Source: a virus (Duplodnaviria > Caudoviricetes). From it: a DNA stretch of 27,296 nt. The notes beneath the pieces are model-generated. The model made no database searches, was not told the origin of the DNA, and saw only the letters and a program-made list of their open reading frames with translations. The DNA is taken from the IMG/VR virus record IMGVR_UViG_3300023293_000077, positions 1-27,296 of that record; one strand, given 5' to 3'. Position numbers and translations under genes: made by a program. This document shows positions 1 to 8,939 of the stretch, in pieces (the first letter of the stretch is position 1; each line of letters opens with the position of its first letter).

Positions 1-62
1 TAATTCTCCATTGGTTCCGCACCCAACTTAGGGTCGCGGCCTATTTCTCGCAAGGATCAAAC

Positions 63-3000
63 ATGAGCCAGAATTTCGCTGATCTGATTCTTGGGGCCGA
101 TACGACTGGCCTACTCAAAGGCAAGAAGGCGCTTGAGGATACGACCAAGGCGGGTACGGCTACTGAAAAATCTGTTGGTGGAACCGAAAAGGGTTTCAAG
201 AAAGCTGGCGACAGTGCAGGACGGGCCGCGCCACAGGTTGAGAAGTTCAACAAGGCAACAGGCGCGGCACACGCGGCTGCACTGAAGGCGACAAAAGCGG
301 TTATTGGCATGGCTGCGGGGTATGCAGCGTTCGCCGCATCGAGCGCATCTCTGGGCAAGTTTATTTCCGCAACGGTAGAATCTGACAAGGCTCAGGCACA
401 GCTTGCAGCAGCTATCACGTCAACCGGCGGCGCAGCCGGAAAGGCCGTGGGTGATCTGAACAATCACGCGGCGGCTTTGCAGGGCATCACGAATTACGGT
501 GACGAAGTCACCAATGCTATGCAGGGGGTACTGCTGACATTCACAGCAGTTAAAGGCGACACATTCAACGCGGCCACAACTGCTGTTCTGGACCTTGCTA
601 CAGCAATGGGGACTGACCTTAATTCGGCGGCGCTGCAAGTCGGCAAAGCATTGAACGACCCTATACTTGGCATGACCGCGCTTTCCCGTTCTGGCATCCA
701 GTTTACGGAAGCGCAAAAAGAAGCCGTCAAAGCGATGGTGGCTACAAGCGATGTTGCAGGCGCTCAAGCGGTTATCCTTGCCGAGCTTACAAAGCAATTT
801 GGTGGGTCTGCCGAAGCCGCACGCGATACCCTTGGCGGCGCTCTGGCCGCTCTTGGCAATGCGTGGGGCGATCTATTCGAGATTGCAGGTCCAGCGTCTG
901 AAAAGCTGCGGGCGTCAATTGAAAACCTCATTGGCACAGTGACCGACCCCAAGTTTGTGCAGGCGTTGCAAAACATTGGCGCGTTGCTGTTTAGCATCGC
1001 TGGCGTGGCGCTGGATGTTGTGGCGGCGTTTGGCTACATTGTTGGATCAATTTCAGGCGCGGTATCGGCAGTTTCCGGCTTCGTCCGTGATGTTATGGGC
1101 CTTACCACAGCAAACGAAATTGCGCAGAGGGTTATCGACAACGGAACGCTGGCAATGGGCGACCAGATTACTCAAATCCAAATCCTCACGCGGTCGACAA
1201 AAGAGGGTAGCATTATTTCCGAAGAGGCCGCGCGTGTGCGGCGTGCAGAGGCTGAATCCCTATTGCAGGTTCTTGACGCAACGCGCCTGCTAAACCAGCA
1301 AGATTTCAACCAAAAAAGCGGCCTAAATGAGGCGCTAATTGATGTTCAGCGCCTAACAGAAGAATTGGAGACACTGCGCACAGTAAAGGCGCGTGCGGCA
1401 GAACAGGGGCTAAACTTGCCGGGCATTACTGCTGATACAGCGAGCTGGAACGCGGAACTTGAAAATGCAGAAAACCTTTTAGCTCAGGCGCAAATCAAGG
1501 TTGAAGCCATCAAGCAGGTGCAGCGCGAACTGACATTCTTGACTGACGATGAAGTGGGGCGACGTCAAGAACTTGTGGACCTAGTTTCAATGCTTGATCG
1601 TGGAATCGTAAACGTGAAAGATGGTCAGGTATTTCTTAACGGCCAGTTAGTTGAGGGTGTTGATCTTTCTGGTCGCCTTTCGCGCACCATCGGCGGTATT
1701 GACTTCAGCGCCGCCCGGACGGGCGCTGCTCTTTTGGCCGCTGACCTAAATGTAAACATTGAAAAAGCAATGGCTTTGATGGGCTTTCTAAATACTACAG
1801 CGGGTATTCAGGCCAGTGTATTCAAGCCTAGGTTGGGGTTCGGGGGGCTTGGGCCAGCAGACCCAGATGCCGCTGACCGTGCGGCGGTTTCGTTCGGAAA
1901 TTTGGGCAATAGCGCAGAAAGCGCCACTGCCAGAATCAATCAAATAAATGCCGCAAACGCGGCCCTTAGCAAAACGCTGACAGCAACTACTTCTGGCGCG
2001 GGCAAGGCTGCTGGGGAAGCCGCAAACGAGTTCGGCAACATGGCCGACGAAATCGAGCGGCTAGAGTTTGATGCGGACCCGCTCAAGAAATACAACGCCG
2101 AGATTGCCAATCTGGACCAGCTAGTGGGAGCGGGCTTATCCGATGGTGCATACCAAAAAGCCGTCAAAGACCTGAACGAAGAGTTCGCCAACAGCAACCC
2201 GACCATATCAGCATTCGGTGACGCAATCGGCGACTTCGTGGCGAGCGGTATGCGCAACTTTGGCGATCTGCTGGACAGCTTCAAAAACATGATCAAGCAG
2301 ATGATTGCCACGGCGATTGCCAACCCGATCAAGCTGGCGTTGTCGGCTGCTTTGGGTGGGGGCGGCACAGCGGCAGCAGCGGGTCAACTCGGCGGCGCGC
2401 CCGGCGGCGGCGGTATCCTTGGCGGTCTGACAGCGGGCGCGGGGAACTTCATCGGCACGCTTGGCGGCGCGGGTGGCTTGCTTGGCGGCGCGTCCAGCGT
2501 GTTCAGCGGGCTTATGTCCGGCGGGCTTGGGGGCGCGGCTAGTGCGATCGGGTCTGCTGTGACCGGCATCGGGTCGGCAGCAACAATGCTTGGCGGCTTG
2601 GGTGCTGCAATCGGCGCGGTTGCTTTGCCTATCGCGGCTGTGGCAGCAGTGTTCTCATTCTTCAAGACCAAAACCAAGCAATTGGACGCTGGCATCCGCA
2701 TTACTGTGGACGGAATGGACGCGCTTATTCAGTCTTTCAACACGGTTGAAAAGAAGAAATTCTGGGGGCTTTCAAAGAAAGTCAGAACCAGTTTCAGCGA
2801 TCTGGACGCAGCGACAGCAGGGCCACTTGAGCGCATTCTTAGCCAAATGCAGATGGGGGTGATGGGCGCGTCGGAAGCGCTTGGCATCGGTGCATCAGCA
2901 TTCAACGACTTCAGCGCGTCCATTCAGGTCAGCACCAAAGGCTTGAGTGATGAAGCTGCACAGAAGGCCGTCACCGAGGCGCTGCAAGGGTTTGGCGACG

Positions 3001-5354
3001 ACTTCGCGGGTATGATACCCGGCCTTGAAGCATTGCAGCGTGAAGGCGAAGGCGCTTATGCCGCTCTGACACGCCTATCCTCGTCCCTGAACGCCGCGAA
3101 CACCATTATCGATACCCTGGGCGGTACGCTGTTCGATCTCAGCTTGTGGGGGGCCGCTGCGGCCTCGGGGCTGGTCGATGCATTTGGTGGCCTTGAAAAC
3201 TTTGCCAGTGCGACAACAGCCTATTATCAGGCGTTTTATTCAGAGCAGGAACGCTTTGACACCTTGACCCGCCAGCTCACGCAAACCATGGGCGAATTGG
3301 GTCAGGCAATGCCAAAGAGCCGCGCGCAGTTTCGGGCGCTGGTCGAGGCGCAAAATCTCGCAACCGAGAGCGGCCGGCAGATGTTTGCGGCGCTGGTGTC
3401 GCTGTCGGGGCAGTTCAACTCTATTCTGCCGGCAATTGACAGCCTGGCAAGCAGGCTGGGCGCACTGGTGGCTGGCGCTGTCGACGCGGCCCTTGGCCCA
3501 ATTAATAGCCAGATCGAGGCGTCAAACGCAGCGGCTGCACAAGCGCGTCAATCGGCGGATGGATTCTTTAGGTTGGCAGACAGCCTACGGACTGCGGCTG
3601 GCAACATCGGGGGCGTTCGCAATGCGGCGGATCTCGCCAGCGCTGGTCGTGACTTCGCGGCTAACTTTGCAAAGGCCGTTAGCGGCGATGTAACCGCGCT
3701 TGGAAGCCTTGGCGGTTCGGGGCAGTCTTTGGCCACCGATAGCGCCGGATTTGCGTCAACGGCTGCTGAGTTGCGCCGTATTGAGGCGGGTATCAGTCGG
3801 CAGCTTAATGAGGCCGCTGCGGTGTCTGAGGCTCTTGGTTTTGGTGCTAACTATCAGGCGTTGTTGTTTGATGTGCAGACCGCTGCGCTAGAACATCTGC
3901 GCGATCTTTTGATGTCTGGCAATGTCACCCAAGAATTGTTGCAAGAGCAAATATATGTTCTCGGCAACATCGGGAATATCATCCAAGACAGCGCCAATTT
4001 GCAGGTCGTTGCGGGCAGAACTGACGCAGGGGCTATTCGGGCAGGGTTGGTTGATAATTCGGGCCGTGTTGTTGCTGGTCTTTCTGCTGAGGGCGCTCGC
4101 TATATCGCTGGGCTTGAGGGTCAAACTGCGGGATTGGCAGCAGCTATTGACGCGAATGGCGATGGTTTAATTTCAGCGATGGAGGCTCAGACATCGGCCA
4201 CCCTTTCCACCTATCAAAGCACTGTTTCGGCTTTGGCATCGGCGATTGACCGAAATGGGCAAATGACAACGGCACAGATCAGGGCGTCTTTGGCAGGCAA
4301 GGCATCTGACGCGGCGATTACAGCCGTAATAAATGCGGTTGACCGAAACAAGGACGGCATCATCACGGCTGAAGAAAGCCAAGCCGCAAAGATCATCGCA
4401 AACGCCACTCAGCGCACCACCAGTGAATTACAGGCGATCTACGGTCAAGGTTTGACGTTCACCAACGCGATCACTGGCCAAACGGCCAGCATCACCGGCA
4501 CCCAAGACCTGACAAACGACGAGCTTAACACAGTTCAAAGCCTGCAAAACGACACTGTAAACATTACGGAATTGGTGCAAAGGGCGGTCGAGGGCAATGA
4601 AAGCCTGAGCGCAGCACTTCTGATCCGCCTATCAAGCGGTATATCAGTTTCAGGCATTGGCCAATTGCTCACATCCAACACTGGAATAATGCGTCAACTT
4701 GAATTGATCAGGGCCGCTATAATCAGCCAGATCGAGGCCCAAAGCACCGCAGAGAACGCGGCTATTGCGGCGGCGCGTCAAAACCAGATCAACGCCCTCA
4801 CCACCGAGGCGCAGCAGGTTCTCGCCTCTATTTCGCAGCTTGGAGACCTTGTTGCCGCTGCAGAGGCGCTGTTTGCCCAGACCCCTCAAAGCACGACCAG
4901 GGCGGAGCAACAGTGGAACAGTCAGGGCGAAAACGGCTTTTTGTACTTCTCCATTCCAAATGCCGAGTACCCCAAAGTCAGGGCGGAGCTTGAGGCGGCG
5001 CAGCTTGCCTATGAAAACACCAAAGACCAGCTCTCAGGCATCCGGCTTTCCCTGAATGATTTAGGCATCATCCCCTCGTTTGACGGCGGCGGATACACCG
5101 GCTTGGGGTCACGCTCAGGCGGCATGGATGGCAAGGGCGGTTTCTTGAGCATGCTGCACCCAAACGAGACTGTCATTGATCACTCACAGCGAAAAATGTC
5201 ACGCGGCAACAGTGGGTCAATGGATGCCAAGGCGCTGCGTGAAGAAGTAGCCGAACTGCGTCGCGTGATGGTTGAGGTCGTGAAATACGTCAAACGCACC
5301 AGCGAGGTGAACCGCAAATGGGACATTGACGGCGCACCAGCAGTGAGGACTTAA
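63..5354 (+). CDS. Phage tail tape measure protein (1763 aa)
   Basis: Very long Ala/Gly-rich helical ORF. TMP-type N-terminal segment (DLATAMGTDLNSAALQVGKALNDP...LSRSGIQF), central hydrophobic Gly-rich stretch, and a C-terminal FDGGGYTG...LHPNE.V motif typical of TMP ends. Lies upstream of tail-tip genes. Confidence 0.93.
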   Translation: MSQNFADLILGADTTGLLKGKKALEDTTKAGTATEKSVGGTEKGFKKAGDSAGRAAPQVEKFNKATGAAHAAALKATKAVIGMAAGYAAFAASSASLGKFISATVESDKAQAQLAAAITSTGGAAGKAVGDLNNHAAALQGITNYGDEVTNAMQGVLLTFTAVKGDTFNAATTAVLDLATAMGTDLNSAALQVGKALNDPILGMTALSRSGIQFTEAQKEAVKAMVATSDVAGAQAVILAELTKQFGGSAEAARDTLGGALAALGNAWGDLFEIAGPASEKLRASIENLIGTVTDPKFVQALQNIGALLFSIAGVALDVVAAFGYIVGSISGAVSAVSGFVRDVMGLTTANEIAQRVIDNGTLAMGDQITQIQILTRSTKEGSIISEEAARVRRAEAESLLQVLDATRLLNQQDFNQKSGLNEALIDVQRLTEELETLRTVKARAAEQGLNLPGITADTASWNAELENAENLLAQAQIKVEAIKQVQRELTFLTDDEVGRRQELVDLVSMLDRGIVNVKDGQVFLNGQLVEGVDLSGRLSRTIGGIDFSAARTGAALLAADLNVNIEKAMALMGFLNTTAGIQASVFKPRLGFGGLGPADPDAADRAAVSFGNLGNSAESATARINQINAANAALSKTLTATTSGAGKAAGEAANEFGNMADEIERLEFDADPLKKYNAEIANLDQLVGAGLSDGAYQKAVKDLNEEFANSNPTISAFGDAIGDFVASGMRNFGDLLDSFKNMIKQMIATAIANPIKLALSAALGGGGTAAAAGQLGGAPGGGGILGGLTAGAGNFIGTLGGAGGLLGGASSVFSGLMSGGLGGAASAIGSAVTGIGSAATMLGGLGAAIGAVALPIAAVAAVFSFFKTKTKQLDAGIRITVDGMDALIQSFNTVEKKKFWGLSKKVRTSFSDLDAATAGPLERILSQMQMGVMGASEALGIGASAFNDFSASIQVSTKGLSDEAAQKAVTEALQGFGDDFAGMIPGLEALQREGEGAYAALTRLSSSLNAANTIIDTLGGTLFDLSLWGAAAASGLVDAFGGLENFASATTAYYQAFYSEQERFDTLTRQLTQTMGELGQAMPKSRAQFRALVEAQNLATESGRQMFAALVSLSGQFNSILPAIDSLASRLGALVAGAVDAALGPINSQIEASNAAAAQARQSADGFFRLADSLRTAAGNIGGVRNAADLASAGRDFAANFAKAVSGDVTALGSLGGSGQSLATDSAGFASTAAELRRIEAGISRQLNEAAAVSEALGFGANYQALLFDVQTAALEHLRDLLMSGNVTQELLQEQIYVLGNIGNIIQDSANLQVVAGRTDAGAIRAGLVDNSGRVVAGLSAEGARYIAGLEGQTAGLAAAIDANGDGLISAMEAQTSATLSTYQSTVSALASAIDRNGQMTTAQIRASLAGKASDAAITAVINAVDRNKDGIITAEESQAAKIIANATQRTTSELQAIYGQGLTFTNAITGQTASITGTQDLTNDELNTVQSLQNDTVNITELVQRAVEGNESLSAALLIRLSSGISVSGIGQLLTSNTGIMRQLELIRAAIISQIEAQSTAENAAIAAARQNQINALTTEAQQVLASISQLGDLVAAAEALFAQTPQSTTRAEQQWNSQGENGFLYFSIPNAEYPKVRAELEAAQLAYENTKDQLSGIRLSLNDLGIIPSFDGGGYTGLGSRSGGMDGKGGFLSMLHPNETVIDHSQRKMSRGNSGSMDAKALREEVAELRRVMVEVVKYVKRTSEVNRKWDIDGAPAVRT

Positions 5355-5357
5355 AGA

Positions 5358-6254
5358 ATGAAAATCATCCCGCCAATTGAAGTTACCGACGCAAATCTAA
5401 CGTCCTCGAATGTGCCGGAAACAGACGCGCCATTTTGGTTGGTCGGAACCACATATGTCATTAACGATCAGGTTATTTACGAACATAACATTTATGAGAG
5501 CCTCTCGGGCAGCAACACTGGAAACCAACCAGATATTAGCCCGACTGAGTGGTTGTTTCTCGGTGCAACCAATCGCTACAAAGCATTCGACAAACGACTG
5601 AGCGATGTAGTTTCTCAGGCTGAATCAATCACATATACAATAAACCACAATGGGGAATTTGTTAGCGCAGTTGCATTCTTTGGCTTGAAAGGATCAACCC
5701 TGCTTGTCGAAGTTAACGACCCTGACGATGGGTTGGTATTCTCTCAATCATACGTTCTGCTTGATGATACTGGCGTAATTGACTGGTCAACCTATTTCTT
5801 TTCGCCAATTGGTGTCCAGCGCCAAGAGGTGATTGAGGTGGCGCTACCGCCATTTCTCAACGCATCAACAACAGTGACTATAACAAATGCGGGCGGGATT
5901 GCGCAGGTCGGTCAAATCGTTCTTGGGCGGTTGTTTGATCTTGGCGTTACAGTTTACGGCACAAGCATATCCATTGAAGATTATAGCCGGAAAGAGCGTG
6001 ACGCTTTTGGCAATGCAATAATCGTTGAAAGAGCATTCGCGCAATTGGTTGATTACGACGTAAGAATTAGCACTGAGTTAGCGCGAAGAGCGCAAAACAC
6101 TTTTGCCCAATATCGCACCACGCCAATCGTGTGGGTTGGTGACGAAAAAGAAGAACTTGGAACAATCGTTTACGGCTATTACCGACGTTTTGACATCACG
6201 CTTTCGTCGCCCCTGATATCCGACGCAACAATCGAAGTAGAAGGACTAATCTAA
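5358..6254 (+). CDS. Putative tail-tip/distal tail protein with N-terminal small carbohydrate-binding-like motif
   Basis: Immediately follows the TMP, beta-rich. WLVGTTYVINDQVIYEHNIYES resembles the CBM5/12-type W..Y..D.V.Y...Y pattern. Function inferred from position. Confidence 0.6.
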   Translation: MKIIPPIEVTDANLTSSNVPETDAPFWLVGTTYVINDQVIYEHNIYESLSGSNTGNQPDISPTEWLFLGATNRYKAFDKRLSDVVSQAESITYTINHNGEFVSAVAFFGLKGSTLLVEVNDPDDGLVFSQSYVLLDDTGVIDWSTYFFSPIGVQRQEVIEVALPPFLNASTTVTITNAGGIAQVGQIVLGRLFDLGVTVYGTSISIEDYSRKERDAFGNAIIVERAFAQLVDYDVRISTELARRAQNTFAQYRTTPIVWVGDEKEELGTIVYGYYRRFDITLSSPLISDATIEVEGLI

Positions 6255-6877
6255 TGGCCGCTCCCACCGTTTCTTTGCTACCACCTGCACCAAGTCGTGC
6301 AAGCCCTGTCGACTTTTCAGCCAAGGCGGATGCGCTGCTCGGATCGCTTGCGGGATGGGTTTCTCAATCTAATACACTTGGCGCATACCTAAACACCACG
6401 AGCGCAAGCATTGAATTGCTGCGAAATCAAACGGTCGTCGCTCAAGCCGCAACGGAGGCGGCTAGAGATGCTGCTTTTGTAAACGCCAACGTGTATTCAA
6501 GCACATCTGCAGGCCTATCCAGCACAGCCATCGGGGTTCAGTTTCAGGTCGTTGCGGGTGATGAAGTTATCCGCTACCGGCATGATTCCGGCCCTGTTGC
6601 AACTGAGGTCGCCAGATACCCTGCGGCGGTGGCATTTTTGGCGCTTAACGCGACCCTATCCCAAAGCCTGTCAATGATTGGCCAAGTTGCAGGGCAGGTG
6701 AACGGTGGCCGCGCCACACTGGAAGGAGGGACGCTTGCCGACCCCGCTCTACGCATCGGAACGGCTGGCATCTACAGCGCGGCTGCTGACACATTATCAA
6801 TTGTAATTGCCGGATCGGAGGTCGCGCGGTTCACCGCATCCGGCCTTACCGTTTACGGCTTGGTCACGGAGGTATGA
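6254..6877 (+). CDS. Putative tail fibre adaptor / minor tail protein
   Basis: Coupled to the previous gene (TAATG). PPAPSR..P.DFSAKADALL N-terminus followed by a coiled segment. Position in tail module. Confidence 0.55.
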   Translation: MAAPTVSLLPPAPSRASPVDFSAKADALLGSLAGWVSQSNTLGAYLNTTSASIELLRNQTVVAQAATEAARDAAFVNANVYSSTSAGLSSTAIGVQFQVVAGDEVIRYRHDSGPVATEVARYPAAVAFLALNATLSQSLSMIGQVAGQVNGGRATLEGGTLADPALRIGTAGIYSAAADTLSIVIAGSEVARFTASGLTVYGLVTEV

Positions 6878-6881
6878 CCCA

Positions 6882-7205
6882 ATGAGCTATAAGCACAACC
6901 TGCAACCCATGACCGGAGAGAGCTTTGTCCGCTGCAATCAGATCGTCGTTGACAATCGGCTAAACAAAACTCCCGCCATCACTTTCTCGCAAGAAACCAT
7001 CGTGGGCGGCCCGGATGGGCCTGTTTTGCATATCCCGATGTCACCCGTGCCCATGGCCTTTGATCCCGTGGCCACAATCCCGATCATAAACCCTGAAACC
7101 GGCGAAGATACGGGCCAAACCGCAACCCAAGCCGAGGTCTATGCGCTCATCTATAGCGCCTACCTTGCAACCGTTACCGCGCCGCCGGACGGGGGGGCAG
7201 TCTAA
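6882..7205 (+). CDS. Hypothetical tail-associated protein (107 aa)
   Basis: ATG at 6882 after GGAGG. Its stop overlaps the start of the DGR target gene (TAATG). Confidence 0.6.
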   Translation: MSYKHNLQPMTGESFVRCNQIVVDNRLNKTPAITFSQETIVGGPDGPVLHIPMSPVPMAFDPVATIPIINPETGEDTGQTATQAEVYALIYSAYLATVTAPPDGGAV

Positions 7206-8239
7206 TGACCGCACTCCAGGACAACTTGCGAACGCAAGTCGAGGCAATGAGCAAGGGGCAGATGACGGTGCGCTTCACGACCAAAGGCCAGCCCAGCTAT
7301 TTTCATCGGATCTCTAAATTCAACGTAGAGGACCTTGACGCAAGCCTTGGGGCTGGTGTGCATCCGGCGTTCATCGTGGGCGGCGTTGAAAAAGATGAAA
7401 TACTGATCGGCACCCACCAGGCCGCTGAGGTGAGTGGCGAAATGGTGTCACAGGCGGGTCTCATGCCCAGAGTCAGCATCAACCACGATCAGGCCGTCAC
7501 GCTCGCGCGCGCCTCCGGTCTGGGGTTTTGCGTATGCACAAACGCCATGTATGCGGCAATCGCACTGAGCGCCCGCGCATCTGGCCGGTTCCCGCGTGGA
7601 AACAACAACAACGGTCGCGCCTATAATGCGCAGGGCGAATTTGGTGTGAATGCTGCGGGCAATCCAACGCCGGGAGGCAGCTTTGGCGCGCCGGTTCGGG
7701 CGGGATCAGGCCCCGTCGCCTGGAATTACCCGCCAACGCCATTCGGCATCCAGAACCTCAACGGCAACGTGTGGGAGTGGTCGCCGGGAATGCGGGTCGT
7801 TGACAGTGAAATTCAGGTGATCCCCAACAATGACGCTGTGCTTTTGGCTACCGACCTGAGCGGGTCGGGGCCGTGGCAGGCCATCCTTGCCTCTGATGGT
7901 ACCCTAGTGGCACCGGGCACGGCCGGCACCGTCAAGTATGCTACGTCAGGCACCGCTGCGGATACGCTCACCTGCGGGAACGGAGCAGCCTTTTCGAGCA
8001 TGACCGCAAACACGGTTTCCACGGCGGCACTCAAGCGGTTGAAGCAGCTCGGCCTTATGCAGCCAGGATCGCCGATCGAAAGCGATGGCTTTTACATTAC
8101 CACAACCAGTGAGCGCCTGCCGATCCGTGGCGGCCGTTGGAGCAGTAGCTCTCGGGCTGGGGCCTTCGCCTTGGCCCTGAGCTATTCCCGTTCGAACGCG
8201 TTCACGTTCGTCGGCTTTCGCCCCGCTTTCGTAATCTGA
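7205..8239 (+). CDS. DGR target protein: Mtd-like receptor-binding protein with C-type lectin/FGE-sulfatase-type fold
   Basis: GIQNLNGNVWEW motif and C-terminal RGG.W...AG.F.L.L...RS......GFRPA, typical of CLec-fold DGR targets. The last ~40 codons match the TR. Located at the end of the tail module. Confidence 0.92.
   Translation: MTALQDNLRTQVEAMSKGQMTVRFTTKGQPSYFHRISKFNVEDLDASLGAGVHPAFIVGGVEKDEILIGTHQAAEVSGEMVSQAGLMPRVSINHDQAVTLARASGLGFCVCTNAMYAAIALSARASGRFPRGNNNNGRAYNAQGEFGVNAAGNPTPGGSFGAPVRAGSGPVAWNYPPTPFGIQNLNGNVWEWSPGMRVVDSEIQVIPNNDAVLLATDLSGSGPWQAILASDGTLVAPGTAGTVKYATSGTAADTLTCGNGAAFSSMTANTVSTAALKRLKQLGLMQPGSPIESDGFYITTTSERLPIRGGRWSSSSRAGAFALALSYSRSNAFTFVGFRPAFVI
8110..8228 (+). repeat. 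DGR variable repeat (VR)
   Basis: 119-bp ungapped match to 8656-8774 (offset 546). 13 mismatches, 12 opposite TR adenines. Confidence 0.97.
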
Positions 8240-8262
8240 AATCTGCTGAGCTGAAATCTGAA

Positions 8263-8282
8263 GGCCGCGCGATAGCGCGGTC
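8263..8282 (+). promoter_or_regulatory. DGR target-recognition hairpin downstream of VR/IMH
   Basis: GGCCGCGC-GATA-GCGCGGTC: GC stem with a 4-nt GRNA-type loop, ~35 nt after the VR end. Confidence 0.85.
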
Positions 8283-8304
8283 CATTACCGCAAGGAGCGC
8301 CGGC

Positions 8305-8658
8305 TTGGACGATCTGAAAATCAGACAGAAATGCGAGGAGATGATTGCATATGGATATGTTGCACTGCGTCAATTTCCAAAATTTGAACGGCACGTCCTG
8401 GGTGCCGAGATAAGGGACGCGATGTGGGGCGTGCTGCGTCTGATTATTGTCACCAACAAGCGCTACCACAAAAAGACCACGATGCAGGATCTGGATGCAG
8501 AGCTTGACTTGTTGCGCTCACAAATCCGAACAGCCTTTGGCTTGCGGTATATCGACCTGAAAAAATACGAAACATGGTCTCGCCTCATGGATGAGGTGGG
8601 CCGCATGATCGGCGGCTGGTTTAAGTCGCTGAAAGGAGGGGTTGCGGGCCATGCATGA
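8305..8658 (+). CDS. avd: DGR accessory variability determinant (Avd, four-helix bundle)
   Basis: 117 aa, basic and helical, with FPKFERHVLGAEIR and EVGRMIGGW motifs. TTG start after AAGGAG. Sits between target and TR. Confidence 0.92.
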   Translation: MDDLKIRQKCEEMIAYGYVALRQFPKFERHVLGAEIRDAMWGVLRLIIVTNKRYHKKTTMQDLDAELDLLRSQIRTAFGLRYIDLKKYETWSRLMDEVGRMIGGWFKSLKGGVAGHA

Positions 8659-8920
8659 GCGCCTGCCGATCCGTGGCGGCAATTGGAGCAATAGCTCTCG
8701 GGCTGGGGCCTTCGCCCTGAACCTGAACAATTCCCGTTCGAACGCGAACACGAACATCGGCTTTCGCCCCGCTTCCGGGGTTCGTCAGAAGGCAAAAGCT
8801 CAAGGGCTTTCGCACAGAACACCCCCGAAAGGGCCTGTAATCCTCGGCCAAGTGCCGAAAAAAATAAACAGGCCGGAGTGTCGCAGTACCTGCTTGCGGA
8901 GACCCCTCATTCCGGCCGTC
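8638..8920 (+). ncRNA. Putative DGR RNA (avd 3' end + TR + structured spacer)
   Basis: Several spacer stems (8824-8833, 8844-8858, 8871-8917) and long-range complementarity 8638-8650/8832-8844. Boundaries inferred. Confidence 0.6.
8656..8774 (+). repeat. DGR template repeat (TR)
   Basis: Adenine-bearing copy of the VR with 8 AAC/AAT codons and 22 adenines, between avd and RT. Confidence 0.97.
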
Positions 8921-8939
8921 CCTATTTGCGAGAGTGTCA

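Noticed and set aside
41-5055. Numerous alternative-frame and antisense ORFs within the tape measure gene
   Set aside because: Expected shadows of a GC-rich, Ala-rich long gene, with no RBS or motif support.
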